Part shown: positions 36,880 to 49,959 of the stretch, one piece after another
Layout: each line of letters begins with the position of its first letter
How positions within the stretch are numbered: the first letter of the stretch is position 1
DNA from: Octopus bimaculoides
Lineage: Eukaryota
NCBI RefSeq assembly: GCF_001194135.2
Contig: NC_068984.1
Span: 29,530,621 to 29,594,620 of the forward strand
DNA: 64,000 bases
Direction: 5' to 3'
Made by a program: the position numbers and the translations under genes
Notes under the pieces: model-generated
Told to the model about the DNA's origin: nothing
The model's input: only the letters and a program-made list of their open reading frames with translations
Database searches by the model: none

Positions 36880-37215
36880 TTGATGCATTAGGTATAAAAT
36901 GTACCTGATAATGTTCCTGGAGACATTTGCGGAGTTGAATGGAAGATTGTAGCAGTAAATTTTCTTCGGGGGAGTGGTGGATAGGGGATACCCCATCTTT
37001 ACTAATTTTCCATTAAAGCCACAGAATCCTATTTGATTTTCGCTGCGACTTCCGAAATTATCTCTATAAAATATAGATCTAATATTCTTCAACTGGTATG
37101 AAATGTTTAGTTTATAAATGTTACTTGGGGTATCTATAAGTAGATACAATAGTATCATTGGGCTTTTACAGGAGTAGCATTTTCCGATCATGAGACCTAA
37201 TGTATTTTCCAACAT
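36880..37215 (-). mobile_element. Penelope-like RT thumb remnant
   Basis: KKIYCYNLPFNSANVSRNIIRYILYL resembles the PLE motif RKIIWFNPPF..NV.TNIG..FL.L; it lies next to an HHR-like repeat. Confidence 0.5.
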
Positions 37216-37289
37216 CTTAGTTCGAAAAGAGGTGATAGATATATTCTAGATATGATACTGGAAGATTTTTTTTATAAAATTATTCCTAA

Positions 37290-37712
37290 ATTATTTATGA
37301 TGTGAAAGTTTATATTGCATGAAATTGTCTGTTGTCTCCATCAAGCATTATTGTGAACTGCTCCTCTTGACTGTGTTTAGGACTAATAATCCAACAAGAT
37401 CTGCGAAAATAATAATTGTAAAGAGGGAGGCCGGTATTATCCGATGATGGAATCAATTTACAATCATTATTTTGAACCACCAAGCCCCCCTCCCCCCAGA
37501 AACAGCTGTTGGACTCGTACAACTCTTATTCAACCCCTTTAATTATATCATTCCTACTCTGAGTAAGCTGGACCTTTTCATATGTAAACATATGTACATG
37601 TTTTGTATTAAATGTATTTGATATTTTTTTGGTATATCGACATGCCTAACTTGCTTATCCTTACATTTACTCCCTTACCTGCCCAAGTTTAAACCTCTTG
37701 AGCACTACGAAG
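37290..37712 (+). repeat. Family F repeat (probable PLE pseudo-LTR) carrying a hammerhead-like motif
   Basis: ATCC-GATGA-TGG (37439-37450), 45 nt, CCA-GAAA-CAGCTG-TT-GGA (37496-37513). Homologous segments occur at 56465-56560 (inverted) and 56620-56790. Confidence 0.65.
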
Positions 37713-40059
37713 TGTATTCTGTATGGAGAATATCTGTCTCTCATCTATATACATATATTTCTGTGTTCCTTTCTGTCGAAGAGCGTAGGCTGGAAGCGTA
37801 TTAGACTTTCTCACTTCCCGAACGTTAAACTAATACATCTGTTTGTTGTTTACACACCCGTCTTCGTCTTTTGTTTTTTCGTAAGTTCTCACTATATATA
37901 TATATATATATATATATGCATGTTTGTATGTATGTGTGTGCGTTTAGGCGTGTATGAATGTATGTGTATGACCATACAAATATGTAGAAATGTACTGTAT
38001 TAACATTGCTGTGAGTTGTCACAGGTATCTATCCATCTACAAACCCATCTACTTATACGAATACTCACATATCGTCAAAGAAACACATACAGTGATTTAC
38101 ATCATATCCACTCATATATATATGCTTGCACATCCACACATATACACTCCCAATCACATTTATACATGTGCTACCAACGTAGAAATTCGTAGAAAAAAAT
38201 AACTTTTACAAAATTTGTTCTACGAAATAGAAAGAGGGAGACAAAAATTGATAGAGAGAAAGAAACATAGACAGTTAGTGACAAGTGAAAAAAAGGGAAA
38301 AATCTGAACAATGTGTAGGAAAACTAGGAATGAATTGTTTAATCAAGCGAGGAGAAAGAAATTTGTATAATAATGAATAAAGTTCAAAGTAGAAAAGCAG
38401 AATAAATACTTTGGCGAGTGAAAAGAAGAAAGTGTAACATTTCAACGCTCATCAATAGTGTTTCGAATAAAACAGAAAGGGATTTAATATAATTTCTTGT
38501 AGGAACTCCAAAACTAANNNNNNNNNNTTTGGTTGCGTTTAAAATTAATTTAGTATGAGCCAAAGTTGATATAAAAAAATTATATAAAATGAATCAAACG
38601 TAATATATTATCATTTTGTTTTCTAATTTGCCATATATGTTTTTAGAAAAGAATATGAGACTTGTTCAACAATGTTAGGCCTCTTTTAACAACTAATAAG
38701 CCATAAGTCCTTCATTTTATCCAATCTGTCTTTGTACTTTGTCTTTTGCTCCACTGCACTTCATATTACAAACATGTCGTCCATATTATTAATATGTGGA
38801 TTAATTGAAGTCTTTCTTGTTGGGTGGTTCTGCAGATTGCTATATCCGTTTAGAAATGAAATATGTCTAAGCCGTATTAGTTATTTAAGTATTTTCATAA
38901 TATTTTTTTATGAGCTTTTCTGTTATTCATCTGAGAGCTTGTGGTATTTAATATATGTCTTTAATAACATACACATATCCATTTAGATTTGCATAAATGC
39001 ATGTATTGTATGTAAGAATACATGTTAAATAGTGCTATGGAACGCGTGCAACTTTTAAATAGGTTGTTCTTATTCAATGTCAGCACAGTCAGAAGAAGTT
39101 GATTCTCTCATCACATATATGGAAATAAGCCTATGATAATAACTAGATTTGCTTCTCTGGGAGAGAAAAATTGACCAGAAGTGTACAATGTTAAATAAAT
39201 TTCGTTCATAGAATTAATACTCTCGTTCGTTGAAAGAGACGTTGGGTAGTGTTTAAGAATGTACACAAGTTCACACACACACGCGCACACACACACACAC
39301 ACACATACACACAAACANNNNNNNNNNNNNNNNNNNNNNNNNNNNNNNNNNNNNNNNNNNNNNNNNNNNNNNNNNNNNNNNNNNNNNNNNNNNNNNNNNN
39401 NNNNNNNNNNNNNNNNNNNNNNNNNNNNNNNNNNNNNNNNNNNNNNNNNNNNNNNNNNNNNNNNNNNNNNNNNNNNNNNNNNNNNNNNNNNNNNNNNNNN
39501 NNNNNNNNNNNNNNNNNNNNNNNNNNNNNNNNNNNNNNNNNNNNNNNNNNNNNNNNNNNNNNNNNNNNNNNNNNNNNNNNNNNNNNNNNNNNNNNNNNNN
39601 NNNNNNNNNNNNNNNNNNNNNNNNNNNNNNNNNNNNNNNNNNNNNNNNNNNNNNNNNNNNNNNNNNNNNNNNNNNNNNNNNNNNNNNNNNNNNNNNNNNN
39701 NNNNNNNNNNNNNNNNNNNNNNNNNNNNNNNNNNNNNNNNNNNNNNNNNNNNNNNNNNNNNNNNNNNNNNNNNNNNNNNNNNNNNNNNNNNNNNNNNNNN
39801 NNNNNNNNNNNNNNNNNNNNNNNNNNNNNNNNNNNNNNNNNNNNNNNNNNNNNNNNNNNNNNNNNNNNNNNNNNNNNNNNNNNNNNNNNNNNNNNNNNNN
39901 NNNNNNNNNNNNNNNNNNNNNNNNNNNNNNNNNNNNNNNNNNNNNNNNNNNNNNNNNNNNNNNNNNNNNNNNNNNNNNNNNNNNNNNNNNNNNNNNNNNN
40001 NNNNNNNNNNNNNNNNNNNNNNNGAAAAATGTGACCCCCGTTTTAAAAAAGATCCGAGA

Positions 40060-41495
40060 AGAGCATACCCTATAAAATATAGAGCGGTTGTTTATTTTTG
40101 TATGTGTAACGTAAAAGTTTAGAAAAAAACCCCATTGGTTTCATATCTAGCATGAACTAGACATCTCTTCAGTTTCTCAAAACGATAACCGTTCTCTGCA
40201 AAACATGTTTTTCAAACGCAAGAACGCCAGTGATAGTTCAAAAAATTATGGCCGGGCGAATTGTCTTCCTTCGCTTGATAGCTAAGTTTTCTAATTTTAA
40301 AGTAAACATTTCTGAAAATGTGGACAACTCCCCACGGCTTCCGTCCTGGTGTTCAGGTAGCCTTCTGCTTCATGTGAGTTCATGAGGATAATATATCCTT
40401 CTGCCATACACAATTTACAGTCTTGTTCCATTGCGATAGGGTCAACAAGTTTCCAATAATTTCCACCTGATGTTAAAGGGCGTATGATCATCCTTTAGGC
40501 GCCATACTTATTGTGTTGCGTCTCTCCGGGACCCTGAAAGAAGATTTGTGGTTGTTCAGGCGAATTTTAAATTTGGATTCACAAGATCCGACATAACTTT
40601 TAGCGTGTGTCCCTGTGTTGGCATTGATGTTACTGAATCTACCTTTGCTTGGTACACTGGAGCCTCGGTGTTACATCGACCGTCCACTGGGCATTCATTT
40701 GTAATCCTGCATGAACAACCTGCATCTGTCTGTGGTTTAGGAATGCTAAGTAATTTTTCCTTAACAGTGGGTGCACAACTGAAAAAGATTCTTAAATTAT
40801 TTCTGTTAAAGATCTTTCTGTGTGATCACGTAAAATGCTTATCAACCAGCCTAAGAAAAATCTTGCCTACGCATGTCTGGACGTTAAGGAAGAAGTGTGG
40901 GAGCGAACCATAAGGTCTTGCGGTGGTGTTTCCTTTTATGGTTAATCAATCCTGGTGTATATACTATATTCTCTTTAAACCCGCTGGCCGCTAGCGCCTC
41001 ATTGTAATAGGGGGCTGCTACGTCTAAAATTATCTTTATTTGAAGATAAGATTGAAATCCGTTTACTATAGCTTTTATTAGGTTTTTGAACATTATGGGT
41101 GGGTGACAGGAGGCTGTATTAATGTACGATAGCCTATCATTCGGTTTACGGTGTGGTCTGTAGGTGCCACTATCTAGATCAATCGTGACATCCAAGAAGT
41201 TCACCACGCTGAGGTTAGTTTCTATGGTGATTTTAAGGCCAAAGTCGTTGACGGTGTGTATGCTGTCTTTTCTAACCCTACCTAAAGTATGGTCGTTAGC
41301 GCCTCTGGAGATGGCTAAGGCATCATCTCTATATAAGCCGAAGTGGACAGAGGGGCATTTATTACCCAGGGTGTCCAGAATGTAAAACCCTATTAGGTCG
41401 TAAATATCGGTACTGCTGTATGCCCCCATCGCGATGTTGAATGAATCTTCCGGGTCAGTTCGTTTGACCCAGGTTGAAGCCTGGTTGAATGGCAA
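40060..41495 (-). mobile_element. Penelope-like element, 5'-truncated: RT 3' half, GIY-YIG endonuclease, pseudo-LTR
   Basis: ORF 40884-41495 has FNIAMGAY, GLYRDDALAI, VNFLDVT, YRPHRKPND..SYIN..SCHPP. Downstream KIFLRLVDKHF..KIFNRNNLRI, GCSCRITNECPVDGRC..APVYQAKV (Cys-rich linker and GIY-YIG start). AATAAA near 40095. Confidence 0.92.
40130..40175 (-). ncRNA. Degenerate minimal hammerhead motif in the PLE 3' repeat
   Basis: Minus strand AAA-CTGAAGA-GATGTCTAG-TTCATG-CTAGATAT-GAAA-CCAAT: intact CUGANGA and GAAA boxes, 8-bp stem II; stems I and III decayed. Confidence 0.55.
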
Positions 41496-41534
41496 CGTTT
41501 TCCTAGCGTGAATAATTATATCTATTAATATCTA

Positions 41535-41772
41535 AGCTGAAATTATATAAGAGCTACCTACATCAGTTTCCTATCGTTCTATGCAATATATTCCTCTTTC
41601 TCGCTATTCTGCAATAATCATAATTACTAAAATTCCATAAGGAAAAGTTGGGCGATGAAAGAAGACGACCGCTAGCAGACAGGCATACAACTTTCACTAG
41701 TTCACCTTTCTCTAACAAAGGCCATTCTGCCTCCTCTCTCACTGTAGTGGGGTTTCGATATAAAGCGTAACA
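41535..41772 (+). repeat. 5' LTR (5'-truncated)
   Basis: Homologous to 44441-44680; ends GTAACA, the inverted repeat of TGTTAC that starts the 3' LTR. Confidence 0.85.
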
Positions 41773-41776
41773 AAAT

Positions 41777-41794
41777 TGGGGACTCGTCCGGGAT
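41777..41794 (+). promoter_or_regulatory. Primer-binding site, tRNA-Pro
   Basis: TGGGGACTCGTCCGGGAT, one mismatch to the complement of the eukaryotic tRNA-Pro 3' end (ATCCCGGACGAGCCCCCA), 4 nt after the LTR CA. Confidence 0.85.
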
Positions 41795-44227
41795 CGAAAC
41801 CATTAGAAACATTTTGTAAAAAAAAAAAGAAAAAAAAAGAAAGAAAGAGAGAATCCATTTTTGTTTTCTGCTTAATTTTATTTTGTTTTGCAAACGAGTT
41901 AACTGAAACCAGCAATGAATGAATAAATAAAGGGAAAGAAACTGTCTTTTAAGCTAGAGGTTTTTCTTAAGTCCTCTACCTCTCAGAGAGTCGGTGCCTT
42001 GCGCAAATAGGATTTGTTAGAAATTTCTGCGCATTTCCAACTTGAGGCTAAATCTGCTATGAGGAAATTTCAAATTTTGAAAATCGTTTTGAATCATTTC
42101 GATGATGAGGGACTTTTCGGACATGTTGTTTTGGAGATGGTAAAAAAAGAACCTTCAGACCATTTGGAAATGAAAAGACTTGAAGTTCAATTAGAATTGA
42201 AAAAATATGAAATTGAGCCTAAGAAGCTAGAAATTCAAAAGGAAATTCAGCTTAAAAAATTAGAAAATTATTTTTCTCCTTCACACCCTTCCTCTTTCGA
42301 AGTTGCGAGACATGCCTGATTGGTTTCTCTTTTCAATGGAAAAGAGGTAGAGCAGAGTTCAGATTATGATCTGGTTAAGATGACCCTTCTAAAAGCTTAT
42401 GAGTTAGTGCTCGAAGCTTATCGAGAAAAACTCAAGAATGTTCATAAAAAGGACAATGCGACTTTTGCAGAGTTTGCTAGGGAGAAGTAAACTGTGTTTG
42501 ATAGGTAGCGTAGTTCTAAGGAGGTCACAGATTTTGATAGTTAGAGGCAATTAGTTTTGATGGAGGATTCACAGGGATTCTTTTCGGTCATCGTCTTCTG
42601 GTCCAAAGGGCTTTTCCCTGGGTACAAGTTCAGGCCATGCAGGTTCCAGTGGTGACAGAACGGGTTCAAATTTTTCGGGCAGGCGGTCGCATTCCTCCGA
42701 GTCTAATATTCGGATTCCCACTGGTTTGGTCCTGTTTGTGCATATTGTAAAAAAACCGGGTCATTTGATTTCGGCATCTCCCAAACTTAATCAATCCATT
42801 GGTTCCCCAAATGCTTTTGCGTCTCTCGTACTTAAGCCTTTCTTTTCAGAGAGTTGTGTGTGTGAGAGTAAACCCAGATTCCATAGTTCGGAAGGAGTTT
42901 TGCCTTTTATTTACAAAGGTTCCGCGTCGCATATGGGTGATAATTCTACACCACGGCCCGTTATTCTTTTCAGGGATACTGGAGCTCTTCAGTCTCTGAT
43001 TTTTAAGGATATTTTACTTTTTTGTGATGAGTCTTCACCGAACTTAGATATTTTGCTTCAGGGTATTGGTGGTAATTTTTCTGCTCTTCTTCTTTTTCTG
43101 AATTTAACTCCATATCTGATTTCTGGTGAGGTGAAAGTAGCCGTTCTTGACTCACTCCCAGTTCCGGGTGTCGTTTTCTTGATCAGAAATGATCTTTGGG
43201 TTCCAAGGTTGGTGCTGATCCTATTGTCACTGTTTGACCAGAGAGTTCAGTTAGTAGAGAAAAGTAAGAGGATAATTTTCCCGGTATTTTCTCTTCTTTT
43301 GCAGTGACTCGGTCCGGTCGATGTCGAAAGGCATTTCTTCCAAGTCTTCTTTGCTGAATGATTCCATTTGTGATTTGTCAGATACTTTCATGGATCATCC
43401 TTTTTGTAAAGTAGAGGCTGATGACTTACCTTCAAAGGGTAGTGATTCTTCGGGTCTTCTTGATAGGTCGGATGGAGGGTCGGGAGGTGACCACATTCTT
43501 TCTAGAGAGCAACTTATTAATGCGCAGGGTGAGGATGCTGAGTTGCAGAAGTTAGCTAATAAGGTCGTTTATTTTGAGGAGGTTAGCAAGGTTCCAATTT
43601 GTTACTATTTTAGGGGTAGTGTTATGTTGAGGAAATATAGGCTGCCGGATATTCCTGGGGGGATGAATGGAAAGTGTACCAAAGTGTACCATCAAATTGT
43701 GGTACCAAAATTATTACGAATTCATGTAGTTTCATTGGCACATGAAAGTCCCATGGCAGGTCATTTAGGTGTAAATAAAACTTGTGTGAAATGTTTGGCA
43801 CATTTCTTTTGACCTAGTTTGAGACAAGATGTGGCTGAATTTTGTAAAACCTGTCATGCATGCTAAATGGTTGGAAAAACAAATCAGAAAATCCCTCTCG
43901 CTCCTTTGATACCTATACTGGCTTTTGTAGAACCTTTCAGTCGGGTTATCATTGATTGTATTGGTCCGCTACCCAAGACAAAGTCGGATAATCAGTATCT
44001 TCTCACTATCGTATGTGCTTCTACCAGATTTCCTGAAGCTATTCCTCTTCGTAGGATTGCCGCTCCTGTGATTGCTAAGGCTTTGATCGAGGTTTTTTTT
44101 TTTTTTTTNNNNNNNNNNNNNNNNNNNNNNNNNNNNNNNNNNNNNNNNNNNNNNNNNNNNNNNNNACTGGTTGGGTATTGGTTAATTGCATTATCATAGT
44201 CTTTGTAACAGAAAATTTCTTTTCCTT

Positions 44228-44240
44228 AAGAGGGAGAAAA
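44228..44240 (+). promoter_or_regulatory. Polypurine tract
   Basis: AAGAGGGAGAAAA immediately before TGTTAC. Confidence 0.8.
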
Positions 44241-44745
44241 TGTTACGAGAATGTGTTTATAGTGGATTTCATTTGGGCATATAGATTCGAACCTGAATCT
44301 ATAGAATTCGCCTTTAAATTACAACAGTATTTTCTCACACAAAAACCAATAGTTGACACTAGTTACATTGACCACATGGCCTTGCCAAGTCGATTTATGT
44401 CTTTTCCACTTAACCGTTTTGACCTCTTCTATGCCACCAAAAGCTGAAATTAAGTAAGAGCTACCAACATCAGTTTCCCATTGTTCTCGGTGATATGTCT
44501 CTCTTTCTCGCTATTCTACAATAATTATAAATACTGAAATTCCATAAGGAAACGTTGGTTGGTGAAAGAAGACGACCGCAAGCAGACAGCTATGATAAGA
44601 GTTGGTGAAAGAAGACGACCACGAGCAGACAAGGCATACAACTTTCACTAGTTCACCTTTCTCTAACAAAGGCCATTCTGTCTGTCTGTCAGTCTGTCTG
44701 TCTCTGTCTGTGTGTGTGTCTCTCTCTCCATTTGCAGTTGTCTAA
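44241..44745 (+). repeat. 3' LTR (3' end eroded by a microsatellite)
   Basis: Begins TGTTAC; 44441-44680 matches the 5' LTR and includes a local duplication of GGTGAAAGAAGACGACC. Confidence 0.8.
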
Positions 44746-47217
44746 GTGAAAAGGAAGCGCGAAAGTATCATTCTGTCTTCCTCCTTCTCGCTATCACTTC
44801 ATCACTGTCTTTGGCTTACATTTGGATATGAACAAATGACCTTACTACAACGGCACGTGTCTCATACATACGTGCATACATACTTACATACATACATACA
44901 TACCATGTCTCGGCACCGGCGGCCGTTTTGCCTTTGTAGTGATTATATATTAAGAAAAAATTGGCAAAAATTGGCAAAAATTGGCGAACAGAATTGGTAG
45001 CTAGATAGTACCGCTACGCCTCCATATATACAACTATGCATAATGTACACATACACTTACGTGTAATCTTATACGTCATAAGTTAAGTTTCTATAACCTA
45101 GTGCAGCCATAAATGGTATTATAATGAAGGAAGCAACGATAACTGTGATTGATATACGATTAGTAAGTAGCCACAATTCATAGATAGCACATACTTAGAG
45201 ATAAAAATTTAATCTGATATCTGAGAAAAAAGATGCCATTTTCTTTTCTTTTGATCATAAATTTGGTTTGAGAGTAGTCTTAATTAATTTTAAACGTTCT
45301 ACTAAAGTATTAACAATGCGATATGTTATTATATCGAAACATTATTGTTGAATAACAGTAATTCAAAATAATATCAAGTGTTGAAACCACTTAAAACTTA
45401 TGACAAATTCTGAATATCGTGTAGAAATCATTTCAAAACATTGCTTTGATTATTGTGTATTGTAATTATACAATCTCAGCCTGTTGCATAAATATCAAAA
45501 CAAGCGAAAGTGTACGTAAGGGAATTAGGTTTATGCTTCGTGAAGAGCAAAACTTCATCATCTTTGAACTTTAAATTTCAGTGTGAACTTTTAGGTTAAT
45601 AATTCAATTACTCGTATCCCAAATTGATATTGAGTTCGTGGGCTGTGTTCCAAAACACAAGGAATCAGTCTCAAATGAAAGACCCACTTCAACTGGAAAA
45701 TTGTGTAGAATTATTCCAATTTATTTCCAATTGCAACCGATACTTCTGATATCATTAAGTATATTTTTATACTGTCACTTTTCTAAGTTCCCCAACAGAA
45801 GTACTTGTGTTCTCTCTGTCGATCTTTCTACTTTTAACCCACAGACACGATATCGTTTTCTCTTTCTGTCTCTCATACACACAAAAACACTACTTACCCT
45901 CTCACACACAAACACTGTACACACATGCAAGCATAAATAAATCTTATTTCATTTAATGTAAATATTCACATGATGTCGCACACCGAATTAAATAATTATT
46001 CTACGAAATAATGTTTAAATTGTATTTCTTATGTAACATTTATTGCCAATATATGATGCATCGGAGGTTTTCTGTCCTGTATATGTTCAATATTTTCTTC
46101 AAATTTTAATCTTCACTCTCAGACTAAATGAATATTTTAAGATACTGTTATTGTAAAAAAATTTTTTTAAATGATAATCGCAGCAACGCATTAAATTTGT
46201 AATACCAATACATTAACACTAAGAATACAACTTGGAATGTTAAAAAAATGTTTTAATAGCTAAAGCGTGTTTCGATGAAGAAAATCTCAACTTCTATATA
46301 GTCTAGATGTAAGTAGACTTAGAAGTTATAGACAGACTTATAATACAGACAAAAACGTATAAGAAGAAGCTTTTAAAGCATATTATTTTAGATTTTCAAA
46401 TATTTATATCCAATATTTTAAAGCTTTAAATCATTTATATTTTGCTAATTTATTTCATTATTTTCCAATGACATTTTTTCATCTATTTTCCAATCAAGAC
46501 ACTCAAATGGTCAACGTGGATTTTAATCTTTTAATATATTTATATTGAAGTATTTTTTATCATTAACTATAATACTCTATAGCAGTTCGGGAAACCTTGA
46601 GTGTATAGTACGCTTAGAAGTATATTTGTCCTTGCGCAAAACATGCAAAATTATATAAATACATTCCTCTGAGTGAGTGTGCGTGTGCTTGCGTGCGTGT
46701 ATGTAGTTTTGTACCATCATGAAGCTCGTTTGTCTCAGTCAGAATTATATAAGTATGTTGTCTCTATTTTTGCGTTGACTCCACCCTTCGTCATTTAATG
46801 TTGTTATTATTCTATATATTACTCTAACACGCCCAGATATGCACACATTTACTCACACATGTCAACTAAGTCTAAATTTTCTAGAACATATATACCTTGA
46901 GGCATATGCGTTCAATCTGTGAACAGCATTGCAGAAAGGTTGCCAAAGATCACCAGATATGTTCGACATAATGCTAGCAATTTTTACATTTTTCTACGTA
47001 TTAGTGTTACCTCTTTCTCGATGCGCCGAAGAAAACTACTGAAAGAAATTTTAAGTTCTGTATCTTTTCTTGTAATTATGCCACCTAGGTAATCATAATC
47101 AATATTAAGCAATTTAGTCAGGGATCACCTAGCCTAATTGTACAGAGCGCTCAGCCAAAATTTGAGATGTATAGGGTTTGATTTTCTGTAGCGGCTTGCT
47201 GGTCACTGTTTTAATAA

Positions 47218-47432
47218 GATGGCGAGCTGGCAGAATCATTAGCACGCTTGGCAAAATGCACAGCGGCATTTCGTCTGTCTTATTTTTTGAGTTCAAATTC
47301 CACTGTGATCGACTTTACCATTCATCCTTTCAGAGCCAATAAAATAAGTACCATTTGAGCACTGGGAGTGGAAGTAATCGACTTACCCTTTTCCTTGAAA
47401 TTGCTGGCCTTGTGCCAAAATATGAAATCAAT
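47218..47432 (+). mobile_element. SINE family B, full length
   Basis: GGCGAGCTGGCAGAATCATTAGCACG..GGCAAAATGC..GAGTTCAAATTCC..GACTTTACCATTCATCC..AAAATAAGTACC..GGCCTTGTGCCAAAATATGAAA. Confidence 0.9.
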
Positions 47433-49959
47433 ATTAAAAAAATTGGCTAATTGAAAATAAATGACTACATTCAAAATAGCATCAGGAAATGCTGACTTGT
47501 TAAAATGGAAAAGGAAATATATGTTGTTGTGGGCTCGTAGTTGTTTTGTGCTTTAGCAGAAATGAAATAGCAAAATTATTTTCTTTATCACTCTTAACAT
47601 TCAGTCAAATTTATCAAGTATTCAGATTTATTTTTCTATACTGAAGGTATATTTTTCATTCTTCCTCCACGTTCCGTCTACTTTTCTCACTGTGTGGTAG
47701 GCTCTCTTGAGTTTGCATTCATTAGTTCCAAATGCTTTGCCTGATTGCCCATGCTTATTTTCCCACTTAGTACAACTCTCGTGTCACACAAATGACGTCT
47801 CACGAAACCTAGTCCATTGATTACTCGTATTTTCTACCCCATTCCACGCTTATTTTCTTAGACATTATTTCTTCATTCCGTTCGCTCATTTATATTTTTG
47901 CAGCCCCTTAATATGATCTACATTATTTTCAAACGAACAAAGCATCAAACTATTCATACTTTACGTATTACTAAACCCACTGTAATTTTGATTCAGTCTG
48001 GATACTTACACAGATAAATAAACATGTGCGTATATATATATATATATATATATATAGATATATAGGAAAATTATGAGTTAGAGTTACGCAACTATCAAAG
48101 GGATATCTGTAGGTTCTACTGGTGTCTTACCTCACTATGTATAGTCCTAGCTATTCTAGCTAAAAGGTATGCAGTAGTTGGAATTTAAAGGTAAAACCGT
48201 GGTTTCATATATATAGAAAAGAAAAGAAATGGAACAATAATAAACAATGAGAAGTTGATCATTGGTATTAAAAGGTCATAGTTTAATTATAGTTCAGAAC
48301 CATTTACAGCTGTTTCTGTTTATCAAATCAAAATAACCTTGCATTTATCTCGTCCCCTTTAACAAACATTACCAGAATGATTTAGAAGAATATAAATAGG
48401 AGAAATAGGGAAATGAAAAGAAAAGAAAAAGGAAAAGGCAAAAGAATAAGGAAAAAGCAAAAGAGAAAGGGAAAAGTTCGTTAAGTCTTTAGGCTTAAAT
48501 TTTAGTGACTTTTTGGGTTCCACGTATATGTACGTTTCTTCAATTAGACTAACGGAGCAGTAAATGGGGGGAAATGACTAGTTGACCGGCGTTGTTAGTT
48601 ATACCTGATGGAGATATCCGGTGTTATTAATTGTAACCTGTAATGATGGTATTAGTAGTATTTAGAGAATAAGAATTTATCTTTATGCAAGCATGTTGTA
48701 TTTTCNNNNNNNNNNNNNNNNNNNNNNNNNNNNNNNNNNNNNNNNNNNNNNNNNNNNNNNNNNNNNNNNNNNNNNNNNNNNNNNNNNNNNNNNNNNNNNN
48801 NNNNNNNNNNNNNNNNNNNNNNNNNNNNNNNNNNNNNNNNNNNNNNNNNNNNNNNNNNNNNNNNNNNNNNNNNNNNNNNNNNNNNNNNNNNNNNNNNNNN
48901 NNNNNNNNNNNNNNNNNNNNNNNNNNNNNNNNNAACCTGTAATGATGGTATTAGTAGTATTTAGAGAATAAGAATTTATCTTTATGCAAGCATGTTGTAT
49001 TTTCTCGTCTCGTTTATTAAGTAATTCTGATTTGGCCATTAAAATGGAGTATTTCACATCTATGCATAAATTACAGCGATTATTATTAAGGTTGTATGAA
49101 GATGTTTGGCTAGGATACGCCATTCTAATCTATAATTAATGTTATTGTCCTTCAGTTCCCCAGATGTAACTACTTAGTCCGGTAGAGATCGCTTTACTTC
49201 TATTTCTGAAACTTGAGCGATGGGAATTATATCTATATATGCGTGCACGTAAACTTATATTTGTGTGTAAGTGAGTATGTTTTTATGCATATTGGTTCGA
49301 GCAAGATGTTTACACTTTGTAATTATGAAATCTACTGGATAATGATGAAATTCTAGAAAACTTTATTTTGAACGGGAGTGAAAGACACGATTATTCAGTT
49401 AGCCTCTAACTTATATAAACCCCCAATAAATCGAAGTAGGTTACATTCGTATTAATAACCGATAATAATTAAACTTTCCGTGCGAATAACTGCTTAACTC
49501 TCACGTTTCTAATTACAACAGTATTAAAAATAGCTTGAGATGTCAATATTAGAAACAGAGTTAGTAGCAGCAGGGATAGGATAAATAGTTATTAGATGCA
49601 GCAATAATAATATTAAGAATCATATCGTACCAACAGTTTTGAAATAAGAAGAAAATATAGATTCTTCAAGAAATATACGCATCATGTATATTCTGCTTGC
49701 ACGAAACAACACAAGTTACTTAATTACTACATCTAACTATTGTTTACTGTATTCCTATGGACCAAAATATAATTAAAAAAAGCAAGATATTCTCTTTATT
49801 TCTTTGACAAATTTATTGACATATTTACAGACCATAATTGACTAATATTTCTATTTACATTATATTTCTGCTAAAAATAAAATACACCCTCAAGACTCCA
49901 TCAACAACCTATATCTGATTATTCAATTTAACATCTCAGTATTACGTTGCTTCTCAATC

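Larger units (their letters stand above)
41535..44745 (+). mobile_element. Ty3/gypsy LTR retrotransposon with Gmr1-like domain order (gag-PR-INT), RT/RH not present in the assembled sequence
   Basis: Gag with SCAN-like block DYDLVK..LLKAYELV.EAYREK...FAEFAREK...RQLVLME, knuckle CAYCKKPGHLISAS, protease FRDTGALQSLI, AVTRSGR linker, integrase HESPMAGHLGVNKT...CKTCHAC and FSRVIIDCIGPLPKTKSDNQYLLTIVCASTRFPEAIPL; LTRs, PBS and PPT present. Confidence 0.9.

Noticed and set aside
47009-47036. Possible 28-nt micro-exon (TTTCTTTCAG...GAG|GTAACA) on the minus strand
   Set aside because: Splice-like motifs of this strength are frequent in AT-rich DNA, and its phase does not link the two better exon candidates.
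48635-49004. Identical ~71-bp direct repeat on both sides of a gap
   Set aside because: Gap-flanking identity typical of assembly overlap or a collapsed repeat; cannot be treated as biology. A similar echo flanks the 3680-4567 gap.
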